In this document: positions 26,640 through 39,182 of the stretch, one piece after another
Layout: the number at the start of each line of letters is the position of its first letter
How positions within the stretch are numbered: the first letter of the stretch is position 1
From: Eledone cirrhosa
Taxonomy: Eukaryota
NCBI GenBank assembly: GCA_964016885.1
Contig: OZ024740.1
Coordinates: 312,666,001-312,730,000 of the forward strand
Direction: 5' to 3'
DNA: 64,000 bases
Notes under the pieces: model-generated
The model's database searches: none
Seen by the model: only the letters and a program-made list of their open reading frames with translations
What the model was told of the DNA's origin: nothing
Program-made: the position numbers and the translations under genes

Positions 26640-27290
26640 TATCTATTGTTATTGAAGGCGGAATTATGATATTGCTCATTCCGAAGCCTCTGGATAAACA
26701 ACATTCTTGGTTTTGCCCTGTGGTGTTACCAACATAGAGTTGACCATGTGAAAAGACAGGATCTGCCAGGTTCAACCCAACGACTTTCAATGATTGCCTT
26801 TGAGATTTATTGATGGTCATGGCAAAACTAAGTCTGATAAGAAATTGAAGTCTTTGAAATTCAAATAGCAAATCAGTTGTCTTCAGAGGTATTCTGGGAA
26901 TGAAACAATCGTCACCAACAAATTTTCCTGACATGGTTGCAACTTCTAGCAGGTGGTGCTTGTATCAACCGATGAGCAGTGGTCTCAGTGAAATATACTC
27001 TCTGTCCATTTTCTAGATGGACTGCGAGGTTGACCACTGTTGGATGGTGTTGGTGGATATCAAATCCAAAGATCCACCAGATAGATTCATTGCTGGAGAT
27101 GTATCAACCTGTCTGATACTGTTTGACCTCAACCAGCCCACCATCATTGAGTTCCTTGTCAGTAACAAAGATAACCATGTCACTGCCCTTATTGATATAT
27201 TTTGTGATATATAGTATTGCTTTGACAGAGCTGCAATACTCAACATTGATATGAGCTCTTAGAAATTGACACTGGCAATCAATGATTATC
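26640..27290 (-). mobile_element. Helitron RepHel fragments (PIF1-like helicase and Rep/helicase linker)
   Basis: IPRIPL..FEFQRLQFLIRLSFAMTINKSQRQSL..FSHGQLYVG; AHINVEYCSSVKAILYITKYINKGSD. Confidence 0.85.
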
Positions 27291-27607
27291 ATTGATTGAC
27301 CAACCGTTAAACTTATATAGATATAATTTCTCAAAGTTCCTTCGTCACACACACATTTTTTCTGTGACATCTTCAGTGTGTTTTATTATTATTTTGGACA
27401 TGACCCTCACCAAATATAACAATATGTGTTTCAACACATGATTTCATAGTGAGAGGGAGGGTTTAATAGAGTAGTAGTATCTCCTCTTCCCCCTCTCTCA
27501 CAAACTTCTCTTTCCTCCTCCATTGTAAAGATGTCCCCAGGGGTTCCATTATTAATTTTTATTGAAATCCAATTAGCCAGTCCGGTTTCTGAATATTAGC
27601 TTAACAT

Positions 27608-27790
27608 CTATACTATAATAAAGCAGGGAGTGCGCGACAGCATCCGATTTATTTCTTTTAATCCAGTTAGTAAAATAAGTTGGATTACTTTGAATAAATA
27701 ATGAATGAATATTACATAATTTATATATTAAATTTCGTAACTCTCGATTAAATATAAATAATTATATTGTTTATTTAAAATTGACTTCTT
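27608..27790 (+). mobile_element. Helitron-like 5' end
   Basis: A|TCTATACTATAATAAAG start; a relative at 60376-60266 and 58744-58665 (minus) is split by an RTE insertion. Confidence 0.5.
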
Positions 27791-28030
27791 TTATAAGTTT
27801 CAAATTTCTACACTCCCAGTATATCGCCGCCACTACCACCACCACTTCAACTACCATATATATAGAAAGAGAGAGTGTGTGATCGCAAACACAGACATAC
27901 ATTCACACAAATACACACTTTCACACAAACACATATATACATTCACACATATACATTTACATAAACACACAAACACAGTCTTGATAGCAGCATTCGAGAG
28001 TAAAATGAAGTACAACTTTTTATTTATTTA

Positions 28031-28535
28031 CTAGCAGAATGGCTCAGCGTCGCTAGGGCTTCTAAAAATAGATTGGCATGTTTATCCCTCCTTTCTGAAA
28101 CAGTACAGAGAAGTACGGAATACCTCGGCCTGGGGATGGTGTCTACATTTTGTGCTTAGGCAAATAATTTTCCATTAAGATTTTTCAAAAGCATGTAATT
28201 GCGTTCCCTCTCTTTTTTGTTGTTTTTGCTGCTGTTGGTGTGATAGTAGCCATTGGTCGTACTACTAACACAGTCTTGTCCTTCTTCAGCCAATAATGTA
28301 TATCCCCTTCTGCCTCGTCTACCTCAACAATGATTGTAGCACCTCCTTGTACACAATGTTCCTTGTTCTTCTGTGTCGGGCATATGCAAAGAGATTTGTC
28401 TTGCTTCCTACTCTTGAGCAGCCAACGTATAGTTGCCCGTGTGAAAAACATGACTCTTCCAAAAGAAGGCCAGCAACAGTTAGAGTCTGACCCTGGGATT
28501 TATTGATAGACATTGCAAAGCTGACACAGTTCGGC
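28031..28535 (-). mobile_element. Helitron 3' end with helicase C-terminus
   Basis: FAMSINKSQGQTL..FSHGQLYVGCSRVG..TRNIVYKEVL; the minus strand ends in a GC-rich segment then CTAG|T at 28031. Confidence 0.8.
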
Positions 28536-28879
28536 GAATGGTTCGTTGGTTGTCTGTTTCAAGTGCTCTTCTGGTGGCAGTACGTTCAGCATCTTGCGAC
28601 CGTCGAATAGCAGATTCCACTGAAGATTCGTTTGCCCGCCTTGTTGTTTATCTTGCCGCTTTCGCAGTATTTCGGCCAATGGAGTATCTCTTCCTTCGAG
28701 GCATGACCTAAAAGCAGGACGAAGTACACTAAGACTAACTGGTAGAGTAAGGAGTAAACTCGTCAGTGGTGCATGTGATTTCTGAACCATTGACTATGTA
28801 ATTGCTGGCCTTGTGCCAAAATTAGTGGGACTTTTTGGGTGGCATATCGGCAGTAACAATGACGATAAGCCGTCTGTAC

Positions 28880-29452
28880 TTTCGTGAAATAAAAACACAC
28901 AAGCACGTAATACACACATCTTAGACCACATAGAACAAAATGCAGGCAAAAGAAGTGGACAAACGAGCCGCTACCAGAGTAAAAGGTAACAATATAGCAA
29001 AGAGCACTGGGAAACCTCTCTAATAATTTTTGAGGCAAGCCAGCACGATCGCAGCGTTACCTTGGGTGATGGCGAGGCTGAGGTGCTGGAACAACCAAAT
29101 GCCCTCACGAGCATCACCAGTTACCTCTGTTTGGTGAGCCGCCAGTGAAGATAAGAACCTCACTGTCAGTAGCCCGACTCCCCCAAACGTCTCGAACGCC
29201 TCAGGCTGGATAATGTAGTTAGCTGACGGAACACAGTATTTTAAGATTTTGTTCCATTCAGCTGTGGCTCTCCCCCTTACCGCTGTATCCAGGATGTGGG
29301 AAGAAGCAAAAGAATCAGTAACTGTGACGTCCCAGATAAGGCATCTGCTTCTTGACCAGGAGCAGAGAGTAAGACGGTCAAGTCTTTTCCCATCAATTCT
29401 GGACAACCCAAACGGTTCCAAAATTGAGATGTTTGCCCGGGCCAAAGCTCTT
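28880..29452 (-). mobile_element. CRE-like non-LTR 3' portion
   Basis: ORF 29020-29445: EPFGLSRIDGKRLDRLTLCSWSRSRCLIWDVT..AFETFGG..WLFQHLSLAITQGNAA; same family as 6666-7462. Confidence 0.75.
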
Positions 29453-29589
29453 AAGTGGTAATAGAATGTGCGCGCGCGTAAGTTTATCGGCGTTCTTAAA
29501 TTAGACGTATATGTGTTACTGTTTTTAAGTTAGAGACATATATATGTCTGTATCCCTTTCCTTACTTTTACACACACATACACATTGTG

Positions 29590-30252
29590 TGATGGACAGG
29601 TGGACAGAGGTCTCTCAAATTTATATACATGTGGAGTTCTACTGAAGCAGTTAGAGAAGTCCAAGTATCTCGGGGCCGTGTTCATGAGTGATGCAATGCA
29701 GGAGGCTGAATTAAGTGCAAGAATTGCAAAAGCTGATGCAGTAATGTGCCAGCCTCACCATTCAGCAATCAGAAGGGAGGTAGGTGTAAAAGTCAAACTC
29801 GTTGTCTTCCTGGTATTCCTGCCAACTCTTACCGAGGATCATATATCTTGGGTAATGACCAAAAGTATACAATTGCAAATAAAAGCGGCAGAAATGGGGG
29901 TTCCTCCTAAGTAACATTACTCGATAAAGTACATAGCTCAGAGATCAGAGAGTCACTCCTGGTAGAGACAATACTTCTCTGAATTGAGAGATCACAACTC
30001 CGATATTATCAGCATGTGGTTAGAATGTCTCAGTAAAGAATTGCTGGACAGATTTTACAGGCAAAACCAACCGGCAAGAGACCCAGAGGTAGACCCTGAA
30101 CAAGATAGTTGGATAACATCCATGAGTTTGGCTGGTCACGCTTTGTGATCCAGCTGGATCAGTTAGAGATGTTTGCTTCTGACAGACTCGCTGGAAGGAA
30201 TGTTTGAGAACTCTTCCCCCACGACCCTCTCAGAAATAAGTAGGCGAAGAAG
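29590..30252 (+). mobile_element. Degenerate RTE-like LINE 3' fragment
   Basis: KYLGAVF..ARIAKA..IKAAEM and GKRPRGRP motifs, with stops. Confidence 0.65.
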
Positions 30253-30882
30253 ATATTGTCATTTACTTTTCAATTTACCTATATCTATATGCATATATAT
30301 TTGCGTATGATACCAATATGCACACCACATATGCTAGCAGAAAACTGCTCGAAGGACGGTTTTTCTGCTAGTGTGTGTAAAGTTTCATCATGATCGGATC
30401 ACTGGTGTAGGCGCAAACTGGTTATACACATATACAGATACAGAAATTGCCATTTATATAGGATATTCAGCTCTCACACACTTGTACACAAATATTTGTC
30501 TATTTCGAGTGTATAAAGTTGTACACAAACATAGTTATAGATTTAATTTGTTGTCCAGTTTAAGACTACTACCTTGTCCTTGTGAATCTTTAACGGAGTC
30601 CACTGTTGGAAGCTTCCAGGTCACTACACATCCACCTCTAACACATTAAAATAGCCAAGTTACTTTAATAAAGTAGCAGCTCAGTTCTTTGAAGACATTT
30701 GCATGAATTTAGTAGAAAATCAATTAGTCATGAAAGAGTTTTATGTAAGAAAAACATTGGCATAAATAATCTTGAGACTCTTCTTGGCGCATCGACTCCA
30801 TGAATCTGCCGTCAGTATCGATGACTGCTTCAATGAGGTTTGAAATGTTGACTTGCCCGAATCAGATAATGTTATTCAATGA

Positions 30883-31741
30883 ACTTACCTTCACATTGGG
30901 TTTCAGCAGCAACCAGGATCTGTGATAGATTGTCACAGACAGCAAATAAAGCAGTTACTAGTAACAATAATTTCGTTTTTAATCAGATCAATAGATGTGT
31001 CGAAGAGGATGATAAAAAAAAAAAATGTGACACTTATTTCACGACTTAGTTTTCTCTGTAGGGGTGGTAATAGTTGCTTTCTTTTACTATTCTTCCCTAT
31101 AACACTTTCACATAAAGAATATATATATATATATGGAAAATTGAAAAATTAAGGTATTGTGTTAAAATACCTGGAATAATTAAGAGTTCTCTGTTGTATT
31201 TCTCTGGTAGTTATGTATTCTAATCTCTTTACAGAATTAGTCTAGATTCAGTCTTTGATTAATTACAAATCACTAGAAGAACATCCGACTTTTCCTGTGT
31301 ATTCTGATATGACAATCCTATTCATATAAGATATGTAATGGAATCAACTTCATTAAGTTGAAAGTCTAGCTCACAGTTGTTCTTAAAGATAATATGTCCC
31401 GTCAAGAAACTCGGCGTTCAATAAATACTTACTGATACCGGCTATATTCGCCGAGATTCTCGTTTAAATTTGTTCAAGTCAACGAGATAGCGTCTAATTA
31501 GAGAGTGCCACTCTACCGGCGGTCTAACACTGGTTATCTCCCATTGTCGTTATTATCATCATCATCGACTTAAGTAAGAAGAAGGCTGAGTAGAAATAAA
31601 GGCAACTCATATCACTGGATAAAGTTTTCTATCGACTCAACCATGGCTTCACCGGTTGTTGTGGCTGGAACAGTGATATCTGCAGGATTTGGCCTACATC
31701 TTGGTTCATCGGCTGCTTGTGTTGCTTTTACAAAGGTAACC
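30883..31741. promoter_or_regulatory. Candidate bidirectional promoter and non-coding first exons for ZNF-B (-) and ZNF-C/D (+)
   Basis: Minus-strand GTAAGT donors at 31427-31432 and 30883-30888, plus-strand AAG|GTAACC at 31736, and a locally CpG-richer unique stretch between divergent genes. Confidence 0.3.
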
Positions 31742-32564
31742 TTTTAAACTATATAAAATTCTTTTGTTTATGTTGATCTATTTAATTTACTTCCTAACAG
31801 TGACGAGTTCTGTAGAGTTTTGGTAATCATGTCTCGAGAACCTTCTCACTGATAAAGATACACATAAATTTACAGGGCGAAAACCCTCTGCCGTTCGGTG
31901 GAAATTGTTGTAATGGGGTATTTAGCTGGGCGATATCCAATTTTAGCGGCCTAAATGCCGCTTACTTGCTGTAGTTGCTGCTTACTTCAATGTATGAGGC
32001 TATTCCAACAAATTTACATTCCCCTTTTTTTAGCCGTTAAAAGAAATATAGATTTATTTATTGTTTGTTTTTTGCGATTTATTTGCCACTGGGGCATAGA
32101 TTTCTTTATTTGCCCCTTTTTTGTTTGTTTTTTTTTTTCGATTTATTAGCCTTTTGGGGTCACACACATCCCCGTAGAAAGTGTGCGACCTTTCTGCCAG
32201 GGAGCACAGAGAGAGGGGGGTGCTCCCTTCTCTTACCTGTACAAGCCGATATAGAGAGATGGCCCACTTACACGGGCCATTATTGCTACTTTCACCCATC
32301 TTTCATGGAATTGGCTGGGACTGAGTGCTTTTTTCTCCACCTTGATCCTTCTTTCGAAGTGGTATCGGAAGAAGAGGACCATTTGTTGGCCGGCGACATA
32401 TCCCCAGTTTCCTCGTTGCAAACGCATCTGGGACATTTCTTTTCCAAGGGGTTTCCGTCCCGGAATCCGTGTCTGTAGAGCCTTTCCCGAACGGGCAGGG
32501 CCCCTCGGTATAATAGTAAGTATTAGTGGTTGTAATAAAAATGCAATCAAAATGTAATAAATAC

Positions 32565-32700
32565 CTTCACTGATTTCTTTCCTTATATTATCAACAGAAG
32601 TTGGTATGTCACCTAAAGTTCGCTTTGTATGTTCCCGAATAGCAGTGAATTTTGATAAAACTGTTTCTAATTCCTTCTCCACAGTAAGACAAATATCCAT
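32565..32700 (-). pseudogene. RMND5: Captured RMND5/GID2-like first coding exon (left arm)
   Basis: MDICLTVEKELETVLSKFTAIREHTKRTLGDI..IRKEISE then GAAG|GTATTT; resembles the RMND5A N-terminus as recalled (MDQCVTVERELEKVLHKF..). Confidence 0.65.
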
Positions 32701-32874
32701 GTGTAGTTGAAGAGGATAAGTATGAAAGAACAGTCATTTAAATTTACAGATGGACAGATGTGGTGTTTGGCAGGGTTTGAGATATATAGAAAAATAATTA
32801 TTTACAGAAAAAGAAAATAATAATAAAGAATTATTATAATTTTTTTTAAAGATTTATATCTTTTTGGACTACAC

Positions 32875-33010
32875 ATGGATATTTGTCTTACTGTGGAGAA
32901 GGAATTAGAAACAGTTTTATCAAAATTCACTGCTATTCGGGAACATACAAAGCGAACTTTTGGTGACATACCAACTTCTGTTGATAATATAAGGAAAGAA
33001 ATCAGTGAAG
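32875..33010 (+). pseudogene. RMND5: Captured RMND5/GID2-like first coding exon (right arm)
   Basis: Same 136-nt ATG-to-donor segment, GT donor at 33011. Confidence 0.65.
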
Positions 33011-33064
33011 GTATTTATTACATTTTGATTGCATTTTTATTACAACCACTAATACTTACTATTA

Positions 33065-33530
33065 TACCGAGGGGCCCTGCCCGTTCGGGAAAGGCTCTAC
33101 AGACACGGATTCCGGGACGGAAACCCCTTGGAAAAGAAATGTCCCAGATGCGTTTGCAACGAGGAAACTGGGGATATGTCGCCGGCCAACAAATGGTCCT
33201 CTTCTTCCGATACCACTTCGAAAGAAGGATCAAGGTGGAGAAAAAGGCAGTCAGTCCCAACCAATTCCATGAAAGATGGGTGAAAGTAGCAATAATGGCC
33301 CGTGTAAGTGGGCCATCTCTCTAAATCGGCTTGTACAGGTAAGAGAAGGGAGCACCCCCCTCTCTCTGTGCTCCCTGGCAGAAAGGTCGCACACTTTCTA
33401 CGGGGGTGTGTGTGACCCCAAAAGGCTAATAAATCGCAAAAAAACAAACAAACAAAAAAGGGGCAAATAAAGAAATCTATGCCCCAGTGGCAAATAAATC
33501 GCAAAAAACAAACAATAAATAAATCTATAT
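33065..33530 (+). mobile_element. Probable L1/Tx1-like LINE 3' end inside the arm (mirror copy at about 32045-32510)
   Basis: GQQMVLFFRYHFERRIKVEKKAVSPNQFHERWVKVAIMARVSGPSL* followed by AATAAA and an A-rich tail; a similar tail lies at about 60381-60420 (minus). Confidence 0.4.
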
Positions 33531-33699
33531 TTCTTTTAACGGCTAAAAAAAGGGGAATGTAAATTTATTGGAATAGCCTCATACATTGAAGTAAGCAGCA
33601 ACTACAGCAAGTAAGCGGCATTTAGGCCGCTAAAATTGGATATCGCCTTTAGCTGCTACTGGAGTCATGCTGGTTGACATTAGTAAATGTTTTGTTGAA

Positions 33700-34290
33700 G
33701 AATAAATTCTCTGGTGACTGGGGTGATGCCGTGCTTGTGGCCAACATTGGTGGTCTACTCAGGATGAGCTCCGCATTTCCATTGCATTCAGAGTGGGAGC
33801 TGATGTCTGTAGGAGACCGAGATGTGACTGTGGTAGGTTCCTTGCGCCTACAGGGCTTCATGGTTTGTCTTGCTACCTGAATGGTGATCGTTTCGTTCAC
33901 CACACCGAGCTAAACCTGATCATTAATCGGACCCTAACTCGGATAAATATCTCGTCTGTTCTGGAGCCGACTCGAGTTTCCATTTGTCCCTGAGTAAGAT
34001 ATCTCATTTATGACTCCAAAGTCAGCGACTCTTTTGCTCTCACCCATATCCTGGATGCTGCGGTAGATGTAAAGGTTACTGCTTCCAGAGCCGAACTCAA
34101 TAAAATTCTAAAGTACCGGGGCATATCAGTAAACTCTTTCTTCCAGCCTAACATCGTTAGTGGCTCGCCATACCGAGATATCAGGTAATGCCTATGAGGA
34201 TACTTGGTTGTTTCAGCTCCTTTACCACACCATCACCTGCAGTAATGCTGCCAGTGTGTTGGCTTACCTAAAAAATATTAGAGGGAGGTT
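33700..34290 (+). mobile_element. Decayed CRE-like 3' portion
   Basis: FSGDWGDAVLVANIGGLL; CDCGRFLAPTGLHGLSCYLNGDRFVHHTELNLIINR (CCHC knuckle). Confidence 0.7.
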
Positions 34291-35240
34291 CCGATGCCCC
34301 CTGTCGTGTGTGACTCATTGACGTACTTAGTGTTGAATTGATGTTGCTTTTTGCTTTGGTTTTGATTGTATATTTTTGTGTATTTATAAGGTTCCACGAA
34401 TTCCATTTCTTTGTGAAACATTGAAGAAAAAAAAACTTCTACCATGCTATTCATGGGACCACAAAAAATGCGCCCAGTACACAATGTAAGGCGATTTGTA
34501 ATTTGAAGGGCATCCAACTATAGAAAATGTGCCAAAGAGCCAAAAGGATGCTTCAGTTGTGTCAAGGGCACAACTTTTTCAAGCATGACACAATAAAATG
34601 ACACAATAAAATGCACCCAGTACTCTCTGTATGGTAGTTGGTGAGAAAAAACAAAGTATCAAGAAAACTCTTCAGAACCAAAACAACCTCTGTAGTGCTG
34701 GTGTCACAATAACATGCACCTAGTGCACACACTTAAGTGTGGGAACATATATAAGAGAGATGTAGTTCCTGCCCTGCCAGAAGAGGGTAACTGGCTCCAA
34801 TTAAATAAAGAATTGGTCTGTAACAGGCCATCCAACCATTGCTAGAAGGAATTAGATGTTAAATGATGGTTCTGTATTATAATATATATATTTCATTGAT
34901 TTAAACGTTCGAATAGAGCTAGTAAGTCATGAGAGACTAAGGGATGTATCTAACACTTTACAGTTGAGAACAAAAAACAAGACAAACAAATAAGTGAATA
35001 TAAAAATGAAAATAAAGATATAATTTTAAATAGAAGGCAAAATAAGCATATGAAAAAAGGTAGTAATAGAATGGAAAACAAAGGCAGCTGGAAAGAAGCT
35101 AGAGGATTTTGTTGTTGAATCTTTTTGTAACCTCCATGTACTCAAAGATTTTGTTTATATTTGGTAGATCTTTTACAATATATTGTATCTCCAATCTTGG
35201 TAGTTTTTTCATGATCAGCTTCAAGCTGTCCTCTCTCTCA

Positions 35241-36062
35241 CAGACTGGTAGTTTCTACATTGGAACAAATAGTGCCAAAGAGTTTCTGGGAAGTCACCAC
35301 AAGATCTTAGAGGTGATTCCCTGCAACCTGTTCCTGATAAAATGTAATTCAATGGTATATACCCAGTTGAAAGCTAGCATAGTCTTGTTTTATTAACATT
35401 GCTCAGTGTCAGATATGTTTTAAATGTCAGATTTAGTTGAGTAAGTGGAGGATTGAAATTTGAGAGTTTATCTCTAGATTCTTCCTCAAATTTTTCCCAC
35501 CCTTCACTAATTATATTTTTGCTAAATGATTTCACTTGCAATAGATTTGGGACGTAGTCTATATGTATTATCTTCCTTTGAACTCCTTCCTTTGCTAATT
35601 CATCCGCTTTCCTATTTCCATTAATGCGTGTGTGGCCTGGTATCTACACATTCTAAAGTTGTGGATATAAAGACAAGATCATCAGTATTCAGGAGTTTCC
35701 ATGGAGGGAGAGATGGAAGAAAGAGCAATGACAGAGGGACCAGGGTATGTAAGTAAGAGGATAATAGGAGAGACAAGAGGAGCAGTATAGTGTCTGAAGA
35801 ACAGAGCAGATTATGTAATTTTAATAACAAATTAATAAGTGAAGTTTAAATGTCTAAGTAAAGGTTTATATCGACAGTTTATCAGTATAGAAATATTCTG
35901 TAATTTTTACTGTTGAATCTTTACATTTTAAGTATCCTCTATATCTGATACTGTTTCTTTATTATTTCAGAATATCACATGACATAATGTGGGAAAATAA
36001 GAAAAATTGTGGAATAAAGAACTATTTTCAAAACTTAAAAGATTAATTCGTCTCCTGAAAGA
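35241..36062 (+). repeat. Segmental duplicate of 1-1148 (intron end, acceptor, 5'UTR) with a deletion of about 320 bp
   Basis: Direct match starting cagactggtagtttctacattgg; after acatgaca it jumps to the tgtg(g/a)gaaaataag segment. Confidence 0.9.
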
Positions 36063-36864
<802 letters not shown>

Positions 36865-37045
36865 TAAAACATACTCATACAGATGAGAAGCCGCACAAAC
36901 ATACTCACACAGGAGAGAATCTATATCACAGATATCTGTGGTAATTTTTCTGAAGGTGGTAGCTTAGTTGTTCACAAATGCATTCACAGATGAAATAAGC
37001 CATATCATTTAACCTTGAATTACAAGACATTGTAGCATCTTTAAA

Positions 37046-37387
37046 TATTGATAAAGATCAGAGTTGATGGAAATATTGATAAAGATCAGAGTTGATGGAA
37101 ATATTGGCAAAGATTACAGTTGATGGAAATATTGGTAAAGATTACAGTTGATGGAAATATTGGTAAAGATTACAGTTGATGGAAATATTGGTAAAGATTA
37201 CAGTTGATGGAAATATTGGTAAAGATCAGAGTTGAAGGAAATATTGATAAAGATTACAGTTGATGGAAATATTGGTAAAGATTACAGTTGAAGGAAATAT
37301 TGGCAAAGATTACAGTTGATGGAAATATTGATAAAGATTACAGTTGATGGAAATATTGATAAAGATCAGAGTTGAAGGAAATATTGC
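37046..37387 (+). repeat. 28-bp VNTR, about 12 copies; the last ATG-bearing unit starts ZNF-D
   Basis: gatggaaat recurs at 37094, 37122 and 37150. Confidence 0.9.
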
Positions 37388-39182
37388 AGAAGAAATATAT
37401 ATTGGGAATAAAATAAATAGAAAGACAAGAAAAACATCTGTGGAATGGGGTGTGAGAATTAGAATTATGGAAACTGAAATGTGTGAGGATAAGGTTAAAT
37501 TGAAGAAACACTCTGAAGGTATTCATTGTCCTGTTGAAATAAAAAAAGAGAAAAGAAAAACATATGATTGTGATATACATGGTAAGCCATTCTCACAAAA
37601 ATGTGACCCCACTACTCATGAACATACTCATACAGGAGAAAAACCATATCACTGTGATAACTGTGGTAAATCATTCTCTCGAAGGGATAATCTATCTACT
37701 CACAAACGTACTCATACAGGAGAAAAACCATATCACTGTGATATATGTGGTAAATCATTCTCTATAAAAGGTAACTTAACAACTCACAAACGTACTCATA
37801 CAGGAGAGAAACCGTATCATTGTGATATCTGTGGTAAATCATTCTCTGATGGAAGTCAAAGAAATATTCACAAACATATTCACACAGGAGAGAAACCATA
37901 TCTTTGTGTTATCTGTGGTAAATCATTCTCTGTAAGAAGTTACTTAAATATTCACAAACGTACTCATACAGGAGAAAAACCATATAAATGTGATATCTGT
38001 GGTAAATCATTCTCTGAAGCCTGTCGATTAACTAGTCACAAACGTACTCATACAGGAGAGAAACCATATCACTGTGATATCTGTAGTAAAATATTTTCTC
38101 ATAGAAATAGTTTAAATATTCACAAACGTACTCATACAGGGGAGAAACCATATGAGTGTGACAGCTGTGGAAAATCATTCTCTGTAAAAAGTCATTTAAA
38201 TATTCACAAACATATTCACACTGGAGAGAAACCATATCTTTGTGTTATCTGTGGAAAATCATTCTCTGATAAAAGTCACTTAAATACTCACAAACGTACT
38301 CATACTGGGGAGAAGCCATATCACTGTGATATCTGTGCTAATTCATTCTCACAAAATGATCATTTAACCAGACACAAATATATTCATACTGTAAAGAAAG
38401 CATATCACTGTGATATCTGTGGAAAATCTTTCTTTGAAGTGAGTCGATTAACTAGTCACAAACGAACTCATACAGAAGAGAAACAATATCACTGTGATAT
38501 CTGTGGAAAATCATTCTTTCAAGCCACACGATTAATTAGTCACAAACATACTCATACAAAAAAGAAACCATACCACTGTGATATCTGTGGAAAATCATTT
38601 TACCTAGGCCTTAGCTTAAATAGACACAAACGTATTCATACAGCAGAGAAAACATATCACTGTGATATCTGTGATAAATCATTCCCTGACCGTAATGAAT
38701 TATATAACCACAAACGTATTCATATGGGAGAGAAGCCGCATCACTGTGATGTCTGTGGTAAATCATTCTCTGTAAGAGGTAACTTAAACACTCACAAACG
38801 TATTCACACTGGAGAGAAACCGTATCATTGTGATATCTGTGGTAAATCATTCTCTGTAAAAAGTCACTTAACTACTCACAACCGTACTCATACAGGTGAG
38901 AAACCATATCACTGTGATATCTGTGGTAAATCATTCTCTGTTGGCAGTCACTTAAAAACACACCAACGTATTCATACAGGAGAGAAACCATATCACTGTG
39001 ATATCTGTGGTAAATCATTCTCTGTTAGAGGTCACTTGAATAAACACAAACGTACTCATACTGGAGAGAAACCTTATCACTGTGATATCTGTGGTAACTC
39101 ATTCTCTGAAGGTTGTCAATTAGTTCGTCACAAACATACTCATATAGGGGAAAAACCACGTCGCTGTGATATCAGTGCTTAA
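37347..39182 (+). CDS. ZNF-D: tandem C2H2 zinc-finger protein, 19 fingers; paralog of ZNF-B
   Basis: Intact ORF from ATG 37347; N-terminus nearly identical to B. Confidence 0.85.
   Translation: MEILIKIRVEGNIAEEIYIGNKINRKTRKTSVEWGVRIRIMETEMCEDKVKLKKHSEGIHCPVEIKKEKRKTYDCDIHGKPFSQKCDPTTHEHTHTGEKPYHCDNCGKSFSRRDNLSTHKRTHTGEKPYHCDICGKSFSIKGNLTTHKRTHTGEKPYHCDICGKSFSDGSQRNIHKHIHTGEKPYLCVICGKSFSVRSYLNIHKRTHTGEKPYKCDICGKSFSEACRLTSHKRTHTGEKPYHCDICSKIFSHRNSLNIHKRTHTGEKPYECDSCGKSFSVKSHLNIHKHIHTGEKPYLCVICGKSFSDKSHLNTHKRTHTGEKPYHCDICANSFSQNDHLTRHKYIHTVKKAYHCDICGKSFFEVSRLTSHKRTHTEEKQYHCDICGKSFFQATRLISHKHTHTKKKPYHCDICGKSFYLGLSLNRHKRIHTAEKTYHCDICDKSFPDRNELYNHKRIHMGEKPHHCDVCGKSFSVRGNLNTHKRIHTGEKPYHCDICGKSFSVKSHLTTHNRTHTGEKPYHCDICGKSFSVGSHLKTHQRIHTGEKPYHCDICGKSFSVRGHLNKHKRTHTGEKPYHCDICGNSFSEGCQLVRHKHTHIGEKPRRCDISA

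Larger units (their letters stand above)
31929..33647. mobile_element. Foldback non-autonomous DNA transposon (Merlin- or MULE-like) with about 780-bp inverted arms and 8-bp TSD TTTAGCTG
   Basis: Arms 31929-32707 and 32868-33647 are nearly identical reverse complements; termini GGCGATATCC..GGATATCGCC; TTTAGCTG at 31921-31928 and 33648-33655. Confidence 0.85.

Noticed and set aside
26620-28513. Host PIF1 helicase gene
   Set aside because: Fragmentary, adjacent to Rep-linker motifs and a CTAG end, so Helitron-derived.
32233-33324. 149- and 155-aa ORFs as complete genes
   Set aside because: They read through the splice donor into intron-like and LINE-derived sequence; only the first 45 codons look host-derived.
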